From Candidatus Zambryskibacteria bacterium RIFCSPLOWO2_01_FULL_39_39 (GTDB lineage: Bacteria > Patescibacteriota > Minisyncoccia > Phycocordibacterales > WO2-35-19), in contig MHWB01000010.1 of the NCBI GenBank assembly GCA_001823925.1, positions 1 to 61,646 of the forward strand: a stretch of DNA of 61,646 bases. Reading direction: 5' to 3'. Below the pieces are notes generated by a model. That model saw nothing but the letters and a program-made list of their open reading frames with translations, searched no databases and was not told the DNA's origin. The position numbers and the translations under genes were made by a program. This document shows, in pieces, positions 7,501-17,032 of the stretch. The stretch's first letter is position 1, and each line of letters begins with the position of its first letter.

Positions 7501-8091
7501 TTAATGAACTTTTCCGGTCTTTTGGTATTTTATCCAAATTGGTAACCATTCTGCCCTGAAAAGACCCATATCTATTAGATCCCAGCGTCTACCCCTTTTA
7601 AAAAAGTGTTTTTTTCTTCGGCCTTCAATCTTATATCCACAATGTAAACTGTATTGCAAACTACGTTTATTGAAAGCAATGACAGAGGAAGATATCTTGT
7701 AAAGACCGAGGGTATTAAAGGCATAATTTAGAAGTTGCATCTTAGCATCAGTCCCGTACCCTTTGCCCCAATAATCTTTCTCTCCAATAATTGCTCCTGT
7801 AGTGCCCACTCTGGCTACCCAGTCTATTTGGTGGATACCCATAATCCCGATAAGTTTATTGTCTTTGGTTTCGATACCAAGCACAATATTATTATTATCT
7901 GATCCAATTTTGCTATACCATTCTTCCTCTTGCTTTTCTGTTTGTGGAAACACAAAAGAAACTAAATCTCTGATCTCTTGATCATTAACCCACTGGGTAA
8001 TCAAAGAGACATCTTCTTTTGAGAAGGGTCGAAGATTCACTTTCTTACCTTTCAAGAAAACCACTTTCGACTTTTGATTGTTGTCAGACAT
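7501..8091 (-). CDS. GNAT N-acetyltransferase (RimJ/RimL-like)
   Basis: 196 aa. Its length and the WGKGYG-type acetyl-CoA pocket motif fit the family. Confidence 0.75.
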   Translation of the reverse strand: MSDNNQKSKVVFLKGKKVNLRPFSKEDVSLITQWVNDQEIRDLVSFVFPQTEKQEEEWYSKIGSDNNNIVLGIETKDNKLIGIMGIHQIDWVARVGTTGAIIGEKDYWGKGYGTDAKMQLLNYAFNTLGLYKISSSVIAFNKRSLQYSLHCGYKIEGRRKKHFFKRGRRWDLIDMGLFRAEWLPIWIKYQKTGKVH

Positions 8092-8181
8092 AACTTCCCC
8101 TTTCCTATGTGTGAAGTCAAAGAACTACTTAAAACGCCCCATCTTGCGGGGCGTCCTAAGTTTTCAAATTGTAGTTTGAAT

Positions 8182-8319
8182 TTAAATACTTAAAACACTA
8201 CGCAAGTTTTCTCTGTTAGGAGAATTAAATACGATATCAGCAAGAGTTTGCACGTTAAAAGCGCAATTCCCGCTAGAGTTGCCATTTCCTTTATTTATTT
8301 GTACGCCTATGTTTGTCAT
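8182..8319 (-). CDS. candidate leaderless small ORF (45 aa, Gly/Asn-rich)
   Basis: TTGACT-16 nt-CATAAT promoter (8329-8356) lies about 10 nt upstream of the ATG. A strong terminator ACGCCCC...GGGGCGT-TTTT sits at 8128-8154. Confidence 0.35.
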   Translation of the reverse strand: MTNIGVQINKGNGNSSGNCAFNVQTLADIVFNSPNRENLRSVLSI

Positions 8320-8508
8320 AGTATTTACATTATGCACGAAACCAAAATATAGTCAAGGGTTCAATTATCCACCATGAGCACACAAAATTATTCAAAATGT
8401 TATAATTGCCATAAACAAGGGTTGCCTTGTTTAGACGTATTTTTATTTTTAGAATAGATAAAAATACGATATAAAGAATTAGTAGTATTATAAATTAAAA
8501 ATTAAATT

Positions 8509-9510
8509 ATGAAGATACTTAACAAAGTAGTAGCTTCTGCAATAGGTTTAGCTCTCCTTGGATCAGCCATACCTGCATTTGCAGAAACTTCTACAACAAC
8601 CAATGCGGCATTGGTAAATCAAATAAGTAGTCTATTGCAACAGATCAACACGCTACAAGCTCAAATTGTAGAGCTAAATAAAAAGAGAGGGGATCTCACA
8701 AGTAGCTTGGCGCAAACATTAAATCTTGCGAGATCACTTAGTCTTGGTATGAGTGGAGGAGATGTAACACTATTGCAACAAATCCTTGCAGCTGATCCAG
8801 AAGTTTATCCTGAAGGACTTACAACAGGCTACTTCGGATCACTCACTGAAAGAGCAGTTAGAAAGTTCCAAAGAAAGCACGGCATTGATCAAGCTGGAAT
8901 AGTAGGTCCAAAGACTTTAGCAAGACTTAATAAGTGGCTTAATAATGATGACGATGATGGTGACGGAGATGATCAAGATGACGATGATGACAACTGGAGA
9001 AGAAACTTCAAGAAAAACTTTGCAACCATTACAGCGACAACAACTCCTGGAATGCATATCACTATCTGCCATAAACCAGGTGGTAATAAAGACAAGGGTC
9101 AAACTATAACCATAGGAGCACCAGCTTGGTTTGCTCATATGAAGCATGGCGATACTATAGGAGCATGTGGTACAGGAAATACTGCTACAACTACTCCCCC
9201 AACAGCAACAACAACTCCTGATATAATAGCTCCAATAATATCTAATCTGTCTGCAACAAGCACTGCATCAACCACAGCAACTATCAGTTGGAGTACAAAT
9301 GAAGCATCAAGATCAACTGTTTGGTACTCCGCAACAACTCCAGTAGCAACAAGTACAGCTACTTCTATGTCAGAGGGTACTCTAAAGACTAATCACCTAT
9401 TTAATCTCTCTGGATTGACAGCAAGTACAACATATTACTACAAAGTAGAGTCCAAGGATGAGGCACTTAATGCCGTTACAAGTTCTGAAAGTTATTTTAT
9501 GACTCCTTAA
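8509..9510 (+). CDS. secreted protein with peptidoglycan-binding domain, poly-Asp linker and FN3-like domain
   Basis: Signal peptide, PG_binding_1-like segment (GYFGSLTERAVRKFQRKHGI), D-rich run, C-terminal ISWSTNE...TTYYYKV pattern. Confidence 0.75.
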   Translation: MKILNKVVASAIGLALLGSAIPAFAETSTTTNAALVNQISSLLQQINTLQAQIVELNKKRGDLTSSLAQTLNLARSLSLGMSGGDVTLLQQILAADPEVYPEGLTTGYFGSLTERAVRKFQRKHGIDQAGIVGPKTLARLNKWLNNDDDDGDGDDQDDDDDNWRRNFKKNFATITATTTPGMHITICHKPGGNKDKGQTITIGAPAWFAHMKHGDTIGACGTGNTATTTPPTATTTPDIIAPIISNLSATSTASTTATISWSTNEASRSTVWYSATTPVATSTATSMSEGTLKTNHLFNLSGLTASTTYYYKVESKDEALNAVTSSESYFMTP

Positions 9511-9585
9511 TCTTATTTCTCAACAAGAATAAACGAGTAAATAAAACCCTAGCTCAAAGCTGGGGTTTTATTGTATAGTGTCTAA

Positions 9586-10734
9586 ATGAAAATACTTGGT
9601 ATAGAGACAAGCTGTGACGAGACGGCTATAAGCATAGTAGAAGCAGAAGGGGTGCTAGAAAACCTTGATTTTAAAATACTTGGGAGCGCCATAAATAGCC
9701 AAGTAAAACTGCACGCAGAGTACGGTGGGGTGGTGCCAAATTTGGCCAAACGAGAACATTTGAAAAATTTACCACTTGTTTTAAGGCAAGCTTTTAAGGA
9801 AGCAAATTTTTCTCTAGATACTGATTATCCCAAGATAGATACGATAGCCGTCACGGTGGGGCCTGGGCTTGAACCAGCCCTTTGGACTGGTATAGCTTTT
9901 GCAGAAGAGCTGGGTAAAAAATGGAATATACCAGTAATCGGAACCAATCATATGGAGGGACACATCACATCGGTCTTATTCAAGGCCGATGAAAATTTGA
10001 AATCAGAAATATTAAATCCTAAAATAAAGTTTCCAGCAATCGCATTACTTATTTCCGGAGGTCATACAGAACTCGTATTTATGAAAAGCTGGGCGGAAAA
10101 AGAAAAAATTGGAGAGACTTTGGATGACGCCGTAGGCGAAGCGTTTGATAAAGTCGCCAGAATGCTAGGTCTCCCCTATCCCGGTGGACCGGAGATCTCT
10201 AGATTAGCAGAGGAGGCCAGAATCCAGAATTTAGAATCTAAAATCAAATTTCCTAGACCCATGATTCATTCCAAAGATTTTAACTTTTCTTTCTCTGGTC
10301 TGAAAACCGCAGTTTTGTATTATTTGAGAAGTCTGACCTCACCCCCCAGCCCCCTCCCCTTGTCAAGGGGAGGGGGAGAGGAGAGAACACAGTTCTCTCC
10401 TGGGGGTGAGGTCATTACCCCAGAGATTAAGTTAACCGTTGCCCGAGAATTTGAAGACTCCGTCATAGAAGTGCTTTTATCAAAAACAAAGAGGGCAATC
10501 AATGAGTATCTACCCAAAACTTTGATTATTGGCGGAGGAGTAATAGCAAATAAAGCTTTGAGAGAAAATTTTTTGAAGTTAAAAGAAAATTATCCAGAAA
10601 TGGAAGTTCTCATACCAGAAAAATCTTTGACTAGCGACAACGCAACCATGATAGCCGCCGCGGGATATATTGAATATTTGAGAGGAGATAGCAAAAGAAA
10701 ACTAAAAGCAGACGGTAATTTAAATATTAGTTAG
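9586..10734 (+). CDS. tsaD: tRNA N6-adenosine threonylcarbamoyltransferase TsaD (Kae1/Gcp)
   Basis: ILGIETSCDETA N-terminus, HMEGH metal site, FSFSGLKT, and GGGV..N near the C-terminus. Confidence 0.95.
   Translation: MKILGIETSCDETAISIVEAEGVLENLDFKILGSAINSQVKLHAEYGGVVPNLAKREHLKNLPLVLRQAFKEANFSLDTDYPKIDTIAVTVGPGLEPALWTGIAFAEELGKKWNIPVIGTNHMEGHITSVLFKADENLKSEILNPKIKFPAIALLISGGHTELVFMKSWAEKEKIGETLDDAVGEAFDKVARMLGLPYPGGPEISRLAEEARIQNLESKIKFPRPMIHSKDFNFSFSGLKTAVLYYLRSLTSPPSPLPLSRGGGEERTQFSPGGEVITPEIKLTVAREFEDSVIEVLLSKTKRAINEYLPKTLIIGGGVIANKALRENFLKLKENYPEMEVLIPEKSLTSDNATMIAAAGYIEYLRGDSKRKLKADGNLNIS
10334..10414. repeat. 81-bp G+C-rich nested palindromic element inserted in frame in tsaD
   Basis: A 13-bp outer inverted repeat encloses two internal hairpins. 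The length equals 27 codons. Confidence 0.8.
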
Positions 10735-13069
10735 TTTCCTGTTTATCGGCTGTCTGTCCGGTAGGTAAAGTTTCTTCTTCGGCAGGAGTTATTTCTTCTG
10801 GCCCTTCTTCTGGATTTTCTATAATTATTTCTTCATCGGGCAAAACTCCAGGCAGTATTATTACTGGTGATTTTTCATCCTGGATAGGTGTCTCTGGAAT
10901 GGATGTCTCTGAAATAGGCATCGGGCCACCTGAAGTGTCATCATGCCCATCGTGTGAATCCCTAAGAAGTCTCGTGATAGCAATTATGATGATCACCAGT
11001 AAGATAAAAGCTAAGAAGTATTTCCAATCGCCAAATATTTTTTGAGGTAGAGCAAATAGGGAGATGGCGAGGTTTCTAACAACAGATTTGTTGGAAGAAC
11101 TGGACACAAGATCTACAACAGGAACGCCCCCTATTTCCAAGTCGGTGTCCTCCAGAGAAATACTTTGACCAAAACCTCCCACATTTTGTCCGACAGCTCC
11201 ATAAATATTTATTCCCGAAGATCTAAAATTATCTATTTCGTTTTGTTCTGCTTTGGTAACTGGAAAAAGAGCTTTGCAATAAATTTCGTTAACTTTCTTT
11301 TTAGTTAAAATGTAGACAAACCCTGTAGTAACCTTATCTCCCCAAGGAATCAAGATGTCATCATTGTATTTTATTTGAAATCTTTCTACCGCTTCAAATG
11401 TGGCCTGATTATACACACCCGTCAAGGACAAATTTTCTTTCTCAAAGACATTTAGGAAAGATTGGAGTTTCAAAACCTCTATCGGATCATTTTTCCAATC
11501 AATTTTTAGGAAATCACGAAGATAGAAACAGCTAGAGGCACCCAAAATCTCTCCTCCTCCGCTGGAGACAATGTTGTTTATATCGTGTCTTCTACCACCC
11601 AAAGAACTACTTCCTCCTCCACCACCACCGCCATTACTACCTCCACCACCATTATCTGTAGGAGGATTGATTGGAGGAACTACCGGTGGAGTTGTCGTGG
11701 CTGTACTTGTAGCAAGAACTACCACTTGTCTTGTTGTAGTAGCGCCGAGTCCACCAGAGTCGTAGACAGCATAAGTAAGAGTTGTGGTACCCAGTGTAGA
11801 AGTAGAAACAGATCCAGAGACTACAATACTAGAAGTAAGATCACCATCTTGTACATCTGTTGATGTTGCTCCCGGATCAATAAATGTATCACCTATAAAT
11901 ATATTGAAAGGATTATTACCTATTAAAGTAATAGTTGGTGGAGTGTTTGTAGATCCGTTACCTCCTCCGCCAGTATTATCTGTTTTAGGTTTTACAATAA
12001 CAGTTCTTGTGGTACTTGCAGAAAGTCCACCGGAGTCGGTTACAGAATATGTAAGAGTGGTTGTGCTGACAATAGAAGTGTCTATAGTTCCTGTCTTTAC
12101 TATACTAGAAGTAAGATCACCATCTTGTGTGTCAGTTGCTGTTGCGCTTGGGTCAACAAATAAATCATCTACCGTTAGGAAAAGTGGATTAGATCCAATT
12201 AGAGTTATGAGAGGAGGGGTATTTATTGGAAGTGTTCCACATTCCCGATTTACAACCATCTTGTACAGAAGGCCTGCTGGATTATGCTCTGGAGTACCAT
12301 TGGTTTGTGGCCAATTTTTTACCTCAAAAGTTATTTTATTTTCACCCACACTTAAATAAGAAGTTGTGTTGTATATGTCTTTGTTTTCATTAAAATAATT
12401 TGTCTCTTCACTCCCCCCACCTACCACCACATCATTTATAAAAACCTTGTATGAATTGTCTGCTGCAACAATAAGTTCAGAAGAAATAATTGTATTTGTA
12501 ATATTAAAAGTCTTCTCAAATGTTGCAGATTCACCAGTAACAGGATTTTCTACAAAAAATGTTTTCCATACCCATGTTGCTCCGGGGATGGAGGCTGTCC
12601 ATCTAGGATTTGAGTTGTAAGTTGCAACAGCATTACTGCCTCCTTGTACCATATCAGAAGTATCACTATATAGAGTTAACGAACAAGAAGAATTAAAAGA
12701 ATTAGAAGAAGATTCTGATGCTGTTTTAATAAATTCGTATTCATTTTCATTATTTACTACAACTTCTTCTAATTGAACTTCTTCAATTACAATACTATCG
12801 TCTTCGTTATCAGTTTCTGTAACAGGTTCTTGTTCAGACACAGATATGTTTGGGGGCATGAGAGTTTCTTCAGATGTAGAAGTATCAGCGACAGAATTAT
12901 CAGTATTTTCCACAACCTGATCTAGAGGAGAAACCTCATCAGGCCAATTTGTACCAACTTCATCAGCAAAAACATTAGTTGGTAAGATTGCAAAATTAGA
13001 AAAAACCATAACAAAAACAAAGATTCCTGTAAAAACAAAGTTTGTAATTCTTTTATAAAACATAAACAT
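10727..13069 (-). CDS. large surface protein with two Ig-like (DUF5011-like) repeats and a PG-binding-like domain
   Basis: N-terminal signal/TM segment, two 77-aa repeats with the DPGA..D.QDGDLTS pattern, Gly-rich linker, C-terminal TM segment and acidic tail. Confidence 0.75.
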   Translation of the reverse strand: MFMFYKRITNFVFTGIFVFVMVFSNFAILPTNVFADEVGTNWPDEVSPLDQVVENTDNSVADTSTSEETLMPPNISVSEQEPVTETDNEDDSIVIEEVQLEEVVVNNENEYEFIKTASESSSNSFNSSCSLTLYSDTSDMVQGGSNAVATYNSNPRWTASIPGATWVWKTFFVENPVTGESATFEKTFNITNTIISSELIVAADNSYKVFINDVVVGGGSEETNYFNENKDIYNTTSYLSVGENKITFEVKNWPQTNGTPEHNPAGLLYKMVVNRECGTLPINTPPLITLIGSNPLFLTVDDLFVDPSATATDTQDGDLTSSIVKTGTIDTSIVSTTTLTYSVTDSGGLSASTTRTVIVKPKTDNTGGGGNGSTNTPPTITLIGNNPFNIFIGDTFIDPGATSTDVQDGDLTSSIVVSGSVSTSTLGTTTLTYAVYDSGGLGATTTRQVVVLATSTATTTPPVVPPINPPTDNGGGGSNGGGGGGGSSSLGGRRHDINNIVSSGGGEILGASSCFYLRDFLKIDWKNDPIEVLKLQSFLNVFEKENLSLTGVYNQATFEAVERFQIKYNDDILIPWGDKVTTGFVYILTKKKVNEIYCKALFPVTKAEQNEIDNFRSSGINIYGAVGQNVGGFGQSISLEDTDLEIGGVPVVDLVSSSSNKSVVRNLAISLFALPQKIFGDWKYFLAFILLVIIIIAITRLLRDSHDGHDDTSGGPMPISETSIPETPIQDEKSPVIILPGVLPDEEIIIENPEEGPEEITPAEEETLPTGQTADKQETN
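11714..12220 (-). repeat. tandem duplication of the 77-aa Ig-like module within the surface protein gene
   Basis: TPPLITLIGSNP...TRTVIVK and TPPTITLIGNNP...TRQVVVL. Confidence 0.7.
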
Positions 13070-13331
13070 ACACTACGTTTTTTTAAAAAATTGTCAACCA
13101 GAGACAACTAGTTAGTAAAAAATAAAGCCATATTTTAAGCCATTTATTAAATATGTCTTTTATACCGTAGAAAATGTCTTTTAAAAAACATTTTCTACTT
13201 ACAAAGACAAGCTTTTATTTTAAAGGACATTTATTAAATAAATATTGTCTTTTATAATTAGCCTTTAATTCCCCAGACCGACACCGCCTTATACTAAATG
13301 AGCTTTTTAATGTATCATTATAAAAACAAAT

Positions 13332-15569
13332 ATGAGTGAAGAATTAAAAAAACCTTATAATCCAACCGAGCACGAGGAATCCATTTACAGAAAATGGGAG
13401 GAGAGTGGATTTTTTAATCCAGATGTTTGTGTTGAAAAAGGCGTGACAGATAAAAATGCTGATTATTTTTCCATCGTTCTACCCCCACCCAATGTTACAG
13501 GCACACTACATATGGGTAGCGCCTTTATGCTCGCCATAGAAGATGTAATAGTCCGTTTCAACAGAATGTGGGGTAAAAAAACTTTATGGATACCGGGCAC
13601 CGACCATGCTGCTATCGCCACCCAATCAAAAGTAGAAAAATTAATTCAAAAAGAAGGGGGAAAAAACAGGCATGATCTGGGTAGAGAAGAATTTTTAAAA
13701 AGAGTAGAAAAATTTGCCAAAGAAAACCATGACATAATCATCCACCAAATGAAAAAGATGGGGTGCTCTTTAGATTGGTCCCGTGAAGCTTTTACTTTAG
13801 ATGAAAAAAGAAATCTGGCAGTCAAAACTGTTTTCAAAAAAATGTACGACGACGGAATTATTTACAGAGGTCATCGTATAGTAAATTGGGATCCAAAAGG
13901 TCAGACTACAATTTCAGACGACGAAATAGTTTATCAAGAACAAAAAACTAAATTTTATTATTTACAATACGGTCCATTTGTTATCGGAACAACGAGACCT
14001 GAAACAAAGTTTGGGGATAAATATGTAGTAATGCATCCAGATGATAAAAGATACGCTTCTTATAAAGACGGTCAAAAAATCGATCTAGAGTGGATCAATG
14101 GGCCAATCACAGCGACTATTATAAAAGATGAATCGATTGATATGGAATTTGGAACAGGAGTGATGACCATTACCCCATGGCACAGTGTTGTAGACTTTGA
14201 AATAGCGGAAAGACATAATCTAGATAAAGAACAAATAATAGATAAGTACGGCAGACTATTACCTGTCGCGGGTGAATTTTCAGAAATGAAAATAGTTGAG
14301 GCCAGAGAAAAAATAATAGAAAAATTAAAAAAGAAAAGTTTGGTATTGAAAGAAGAAGATTATACAAACAATGTCGCCACAGCAGAGAGAACTGGCGGAT
14401 TTATTGAACCTCAAATTATGAATCAGTGGTTTATAGATGTTAACAAGGAATTTACCTACATCTTTGATACTCTTCCAAATATAAAAAAGGGAGAAAAAGT
14501 TACTTTAAAAAAACTAATGCTTAGCGTCGTCGAAAATAAAAATGTAAATATAATTCCAGATAGATTCGAAAAAGAATACACCCATTGGATAGAAAACTTG
14601 CGCGATTGGTGCATCAGCCGTCAAATTTGGTACGGTCATCGCATTCCTGTTTGGTATCGTTCAACTAACACCCACAACAGATCAAATGAGGAGATTTATT
14701 GTGGCATTGAAGCACCGAAAGAAATCGATCCCGACTCCGTCAAGACTACGGCGGGCGAGTGGGTTCAAGACGGAGATACACTAGATACTTGGTTTTCATC
14801 TGGACTTTGGACATTTTCTACTCTTGGGTGGCCGGAAAAAACAGAGGATCTAAAAAATTATCATCCAACAACAGTTTTAGAGACTGGTTATGATATTTTA
14901 TTTTTTTGGGTAGCCCGCATGATACTTATGAGTACTTATACTATCGGTCAAATACCTTTTACATATGTTTATCTGCACGGCATGGTCCGAGACAATCAAG
15001 GTAGGAAAATAAGTAAATCTCTGGGTAATAACATAGATCCTCTGGAAATGCTGGCCAAATACAGTGCCGATGGTGTCAGGATGGCGCTCCTTGTCGGCAC
15101 CGGACCGGGCGGAGACAGTAAGATATCGGAAGAAAAATTAAAAGCTTACAAACATTTTGCTAATAAAATTTGGAATGCTTCACGTTTTGTTTTGGAAAAT
15201 GTTGGAAATATGTCAAGGTTCAACCTTGACATATTAGTCGAAAAAGATAAAGAAATATTAAAAGAATTTAAAGACTTCACTAGTGACATAACTGCCGATA
15301 TGGAAAACTATAGATTTCATTTAGCCGCAGAAAAAATTTATCATTACTTTTGGCACACTTTTGCTGATATAATAATCGAGGATTGCAAAAAAACCCTTCG
15401 ACAGACTCAGGATAAAGAAGTTGAATCAGCTAAACAGTTACTTTATTACCTTCTCACAGAACAATTAAAACTCTTGCACCCATTTATGCCATTTATCACC
15501 GAAAAGATCTGGTCAATGCTTCCTGATTCTAAAGGTTTATTGATGGTAGAAAAATGGCCCACCAATTAA
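13332..15569 (+). CDS. valS: valine--tRNA ligase (short form without C-terminal coiled coil)
   Basis: PPPNVTGTLHMGS (HIGH-like) and KISKSLGN (KMSKS) motifs; 745 aa. Confidence 0.95.
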   Translation: MSEELKKPYNPTEHEESIYRKWEESGFFNPDVCVEKGVTDKNADYFSIVLPPPNVTGTLHMGSAFMLAIEDVIVRFNRMWGKKTLWIPGTDHAAIATQSKVEKLIQKEGGKNRHDLGREEFLKRVEKFAKENHDIIIHQMKKMGCSLDWSREAFTLDEKRNLAVKTVFKKMYDDGIIYRGHRIVNWDPKGQTTISDDEIVYQEQKTKFYYLQYGPFVIGTTRPETKFGDKYVVMHPDDKRYASYKDGQKIDLEWINGPITATIIKDESIDMEFGTGVMTITPWHSVVDFEIAERHNLDKEQIIDKYGRLLPVAGEFSEMKIVEAREKIIEKLKKKSLVLKEEDYTNNVATAERTGGFIEPQIMNQWFIDVNKEFTYIFDTLPNIKKGEKVTLKKLMLSVVENKNVNIIPDRFEKEYTHWIENLRDWCISRQIWYGHRIPVWYRSTNTHNRSNEEIYCGIEAPKEIDPDSVKTTAGEWVQDGDTLDTWFSSGLWTFSTLGWPEKTEDLKNYHPTTVLETGYDILFFWVARMILMSTYTIGQIPFTYVYLHGMVRDNQGRKISKSLGNNIDPLEMLAKYSADGVRMALLVGTGPGGDSKISEEKLKAYKHFANKIWNASRFVLENVGNMSRFNLDILVEKDKEILKEFKDFTSDITADMENYRFHLAAEKIYHYFWHTFADIIIEDCKKTLRQTQDKEVESAKQLLYYLLTEQLKLLHPFMPFITEKIWSMLPDSKGLLMVEKWPTN

Positions 15570-15570
15570 T

Positions 15571-16257
15571 ATGTCTTCATTGAATACTATAATTTTCTCG
15601 CTTCTGGGTGGCATCTTGCCAGCATTACTTTGGCTTTGGTTTTGGTTGAAAGAAGATAGGCTCCACCCCGAACCCAAAACCAGGATTCTCTTGGTTTTTG
15701 TCGCAGGAATGGTTTCGGTCTTTGTGGTATTACCGTTTGAAAAATTTGTATATTCGCTTACTCTCTCGAGTATTTCATTAATCACTATTATTTTATGGGC
15801 AATCACAGAAGAAGTATTTAAATTTATAACCGCCTATTTCACCGCCTTAAAAAACAAGGTGGCAGACGAACCAATTGATGCCGTTATTTATATGATTACC
15901 GCCGCTTTGGGATTTTCTGCTCTTGAAAATACTCTGTTTCTTTTTAACCTGATTGATACTGGACTCTTCTCTGAAAGTATCATCACTGGTAATTCCAGAT
16001 TTTTGGGAGCAACCCTACTTCATGTAGCCTCGAGTGCCACCATTGGAGTAATGATAGCTCTAGCCTTTTATAAAAGACCTCTGATTAAGAAAGTCTTCTT
16101 ATGCACAGGTATCGCCATGTCGGTTCTGTTGCATACTGTCTTTAATTTACTTATACTTAAAGTTCAGGATGATTTATTTTTTGTTTTTACTGGAGTTTGG
16201 GTTTTGATTGTCTTATTGATAGTGATGATTGAAAAAATTAAAGATGTCAGATCCTAA
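15571..16257 (+). CDS. PrsW-family intramembrane protease-like membrane protein
   Basis: Polytopic membrane protein with an EEVFK (EExxK) motif and a later H-containing TM helix. Confidence 0.55.
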   Translation: MSSLNTIIFSLLGGILPALLWLWFWLKEDRLHPEPKTRILLVFVAGMVSVFVVLPFEKFVYSLTLSSISLITIILWAITEEVFKFITAYFTALKNKVADEPIDAVIYMITAALGFSALENTLFLFNLIDTGLFSESIITGNSRFLGATLLHVASSATIGVMIALAFYKRPLIKKVFLCTGIAMSVLLHTVFNLLILKVQDDLFFVFTGVWVLIVLLIVMIEKIKDVRS

Positions 16258-16320
16258 AAATTTTATTATCTAAGTCGCACCCCAAAGGACGTATCGTGCG
16301 ACATAATTTCGCTAAATTAT

Positions 16321-16770
16321 ATGGCAAGAGATAAAAGATCATTTTTTGAAAGACTAACTGGCTCCGTTTCCCTATCAAACGAGATGGAAAACGATCTCCC
16401 AGAAACGAGGGAGGAAAGCTGGATAAATACCGCTCCCGAAGAAGGAGAGCTCTCTGTTGATGTCTATCAAAACCAAAATGAAATAATAATCAAGACAATG
16501 GTCTCCGGAGTAAAACCAGAGGATTTGGATGTTGCTATCTCCAGAGACATGGTCACTGTCAAAGGTAAGAGAGAAAACGAGAGAACCATCGCCGATGATG
16601 ATTATTTCCACAAGGAACTTTATTGGGGATCATTTTCTCGTACCATCGTCTTGCCTCAAGAAATAGATGTAGACGCCGCTGAAGCCATCGAAAAGCACGG
16701 CCTTCTTATCATTCGTCTCCCTAAGTTGGACAAAAACCGCCAAACTCGCCTCAAGGTAAGGGGAAATTAA
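16321..16770 (+). CDS. Hsp20/alpha-crystallin small heat-shock protein
   Basis: Alpha-crystallin domain pattern ...VTVKGKRE...GSFSRTIVLP...GLLIIRLPK. Confidence 0.9.
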   Translation: MARDKRSFFERLTGSVSLSNEMENDLPETREESWINTAPEEGELSVDVYQNQNEIIIKTMVSGVKPEDLDVAISRDMVTVKGKRENERTIADDDYFHKELYWGSFSRTIVLPQEIDVDAAEAIEKHGLLIIRLPKLDKNRQTRLKVRGN

Positions 16771-16773
16771 ACT

Positions 16774-16849
16774 TGGTGCTGGGAGGCAGATTTGCACTGC
16801 CGACCCTTCCCTCTTCAGGGGAATGCTCTACTAACTGAGCTATCCCAGC
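16774..16849 (-). tRNA. tRNA-Phe (anticodon GAA)
   Basis: GCTGGGA acceptor, anticodon arm TTCCC-CTGAAGA-GGGAA, encoded CCA. Confidence 0.9.
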
Positions 16850-16866
16850 AAATATGTAATTTTCAA

Positions 16867-17013
16867 AATCGAACTGCCGACCCATGTCACAGGTCTTTTT
16901 CTGCTGAAAAAGCCCGCGACCCCGCCTCGCACCGCCGTGCTCTGGCCTTGCGCTCGGGTCCCATCCCGAGCTCACTCTTCAGGGGAATGCTCTGCTAACT
17001 GAGCTATCCCAGC
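16867..17013 (-). pseudogene. tRNA-Phe pseudogene interrupted by a ~91-nt G+C-rich structured insert
   Basis: The first 39 nt match tRNA-Phe at 38/39 positions up to the anticodon loop. The insert follows (16884-16974), then GGGTCGGCAGT. The T-arm 3' half and acceptor 3' strand are missing. Confidence 0.65.
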
Positions 17014-17032
17014 AAACATTAGATTTTATACA

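Noticed and set aside
8940-8995. GAT/GAC-rich run resembling a tandem repeat or CRISPR-like periodicity.
   Set aside because: It is an in-frame poly-Asp linker of the secreted PG-binding protein. No repeat-spacer architecture exists anywhere in the window.
13070-13331. Possible T-box riboswitch upstream of valS.
   Set aside because: No specifier-loop/T-box consensus (GGUGGUACCGCG-like) or antiterminator-terminator pair is visible. Only A+T-rich repeats are present.
16751-16998. ORFs 16751..16975(-) and 16792..16998(+).
   Set aside because: They lie entirely within tRNA-Phe, its pseudogene and the G+C-rich insert.
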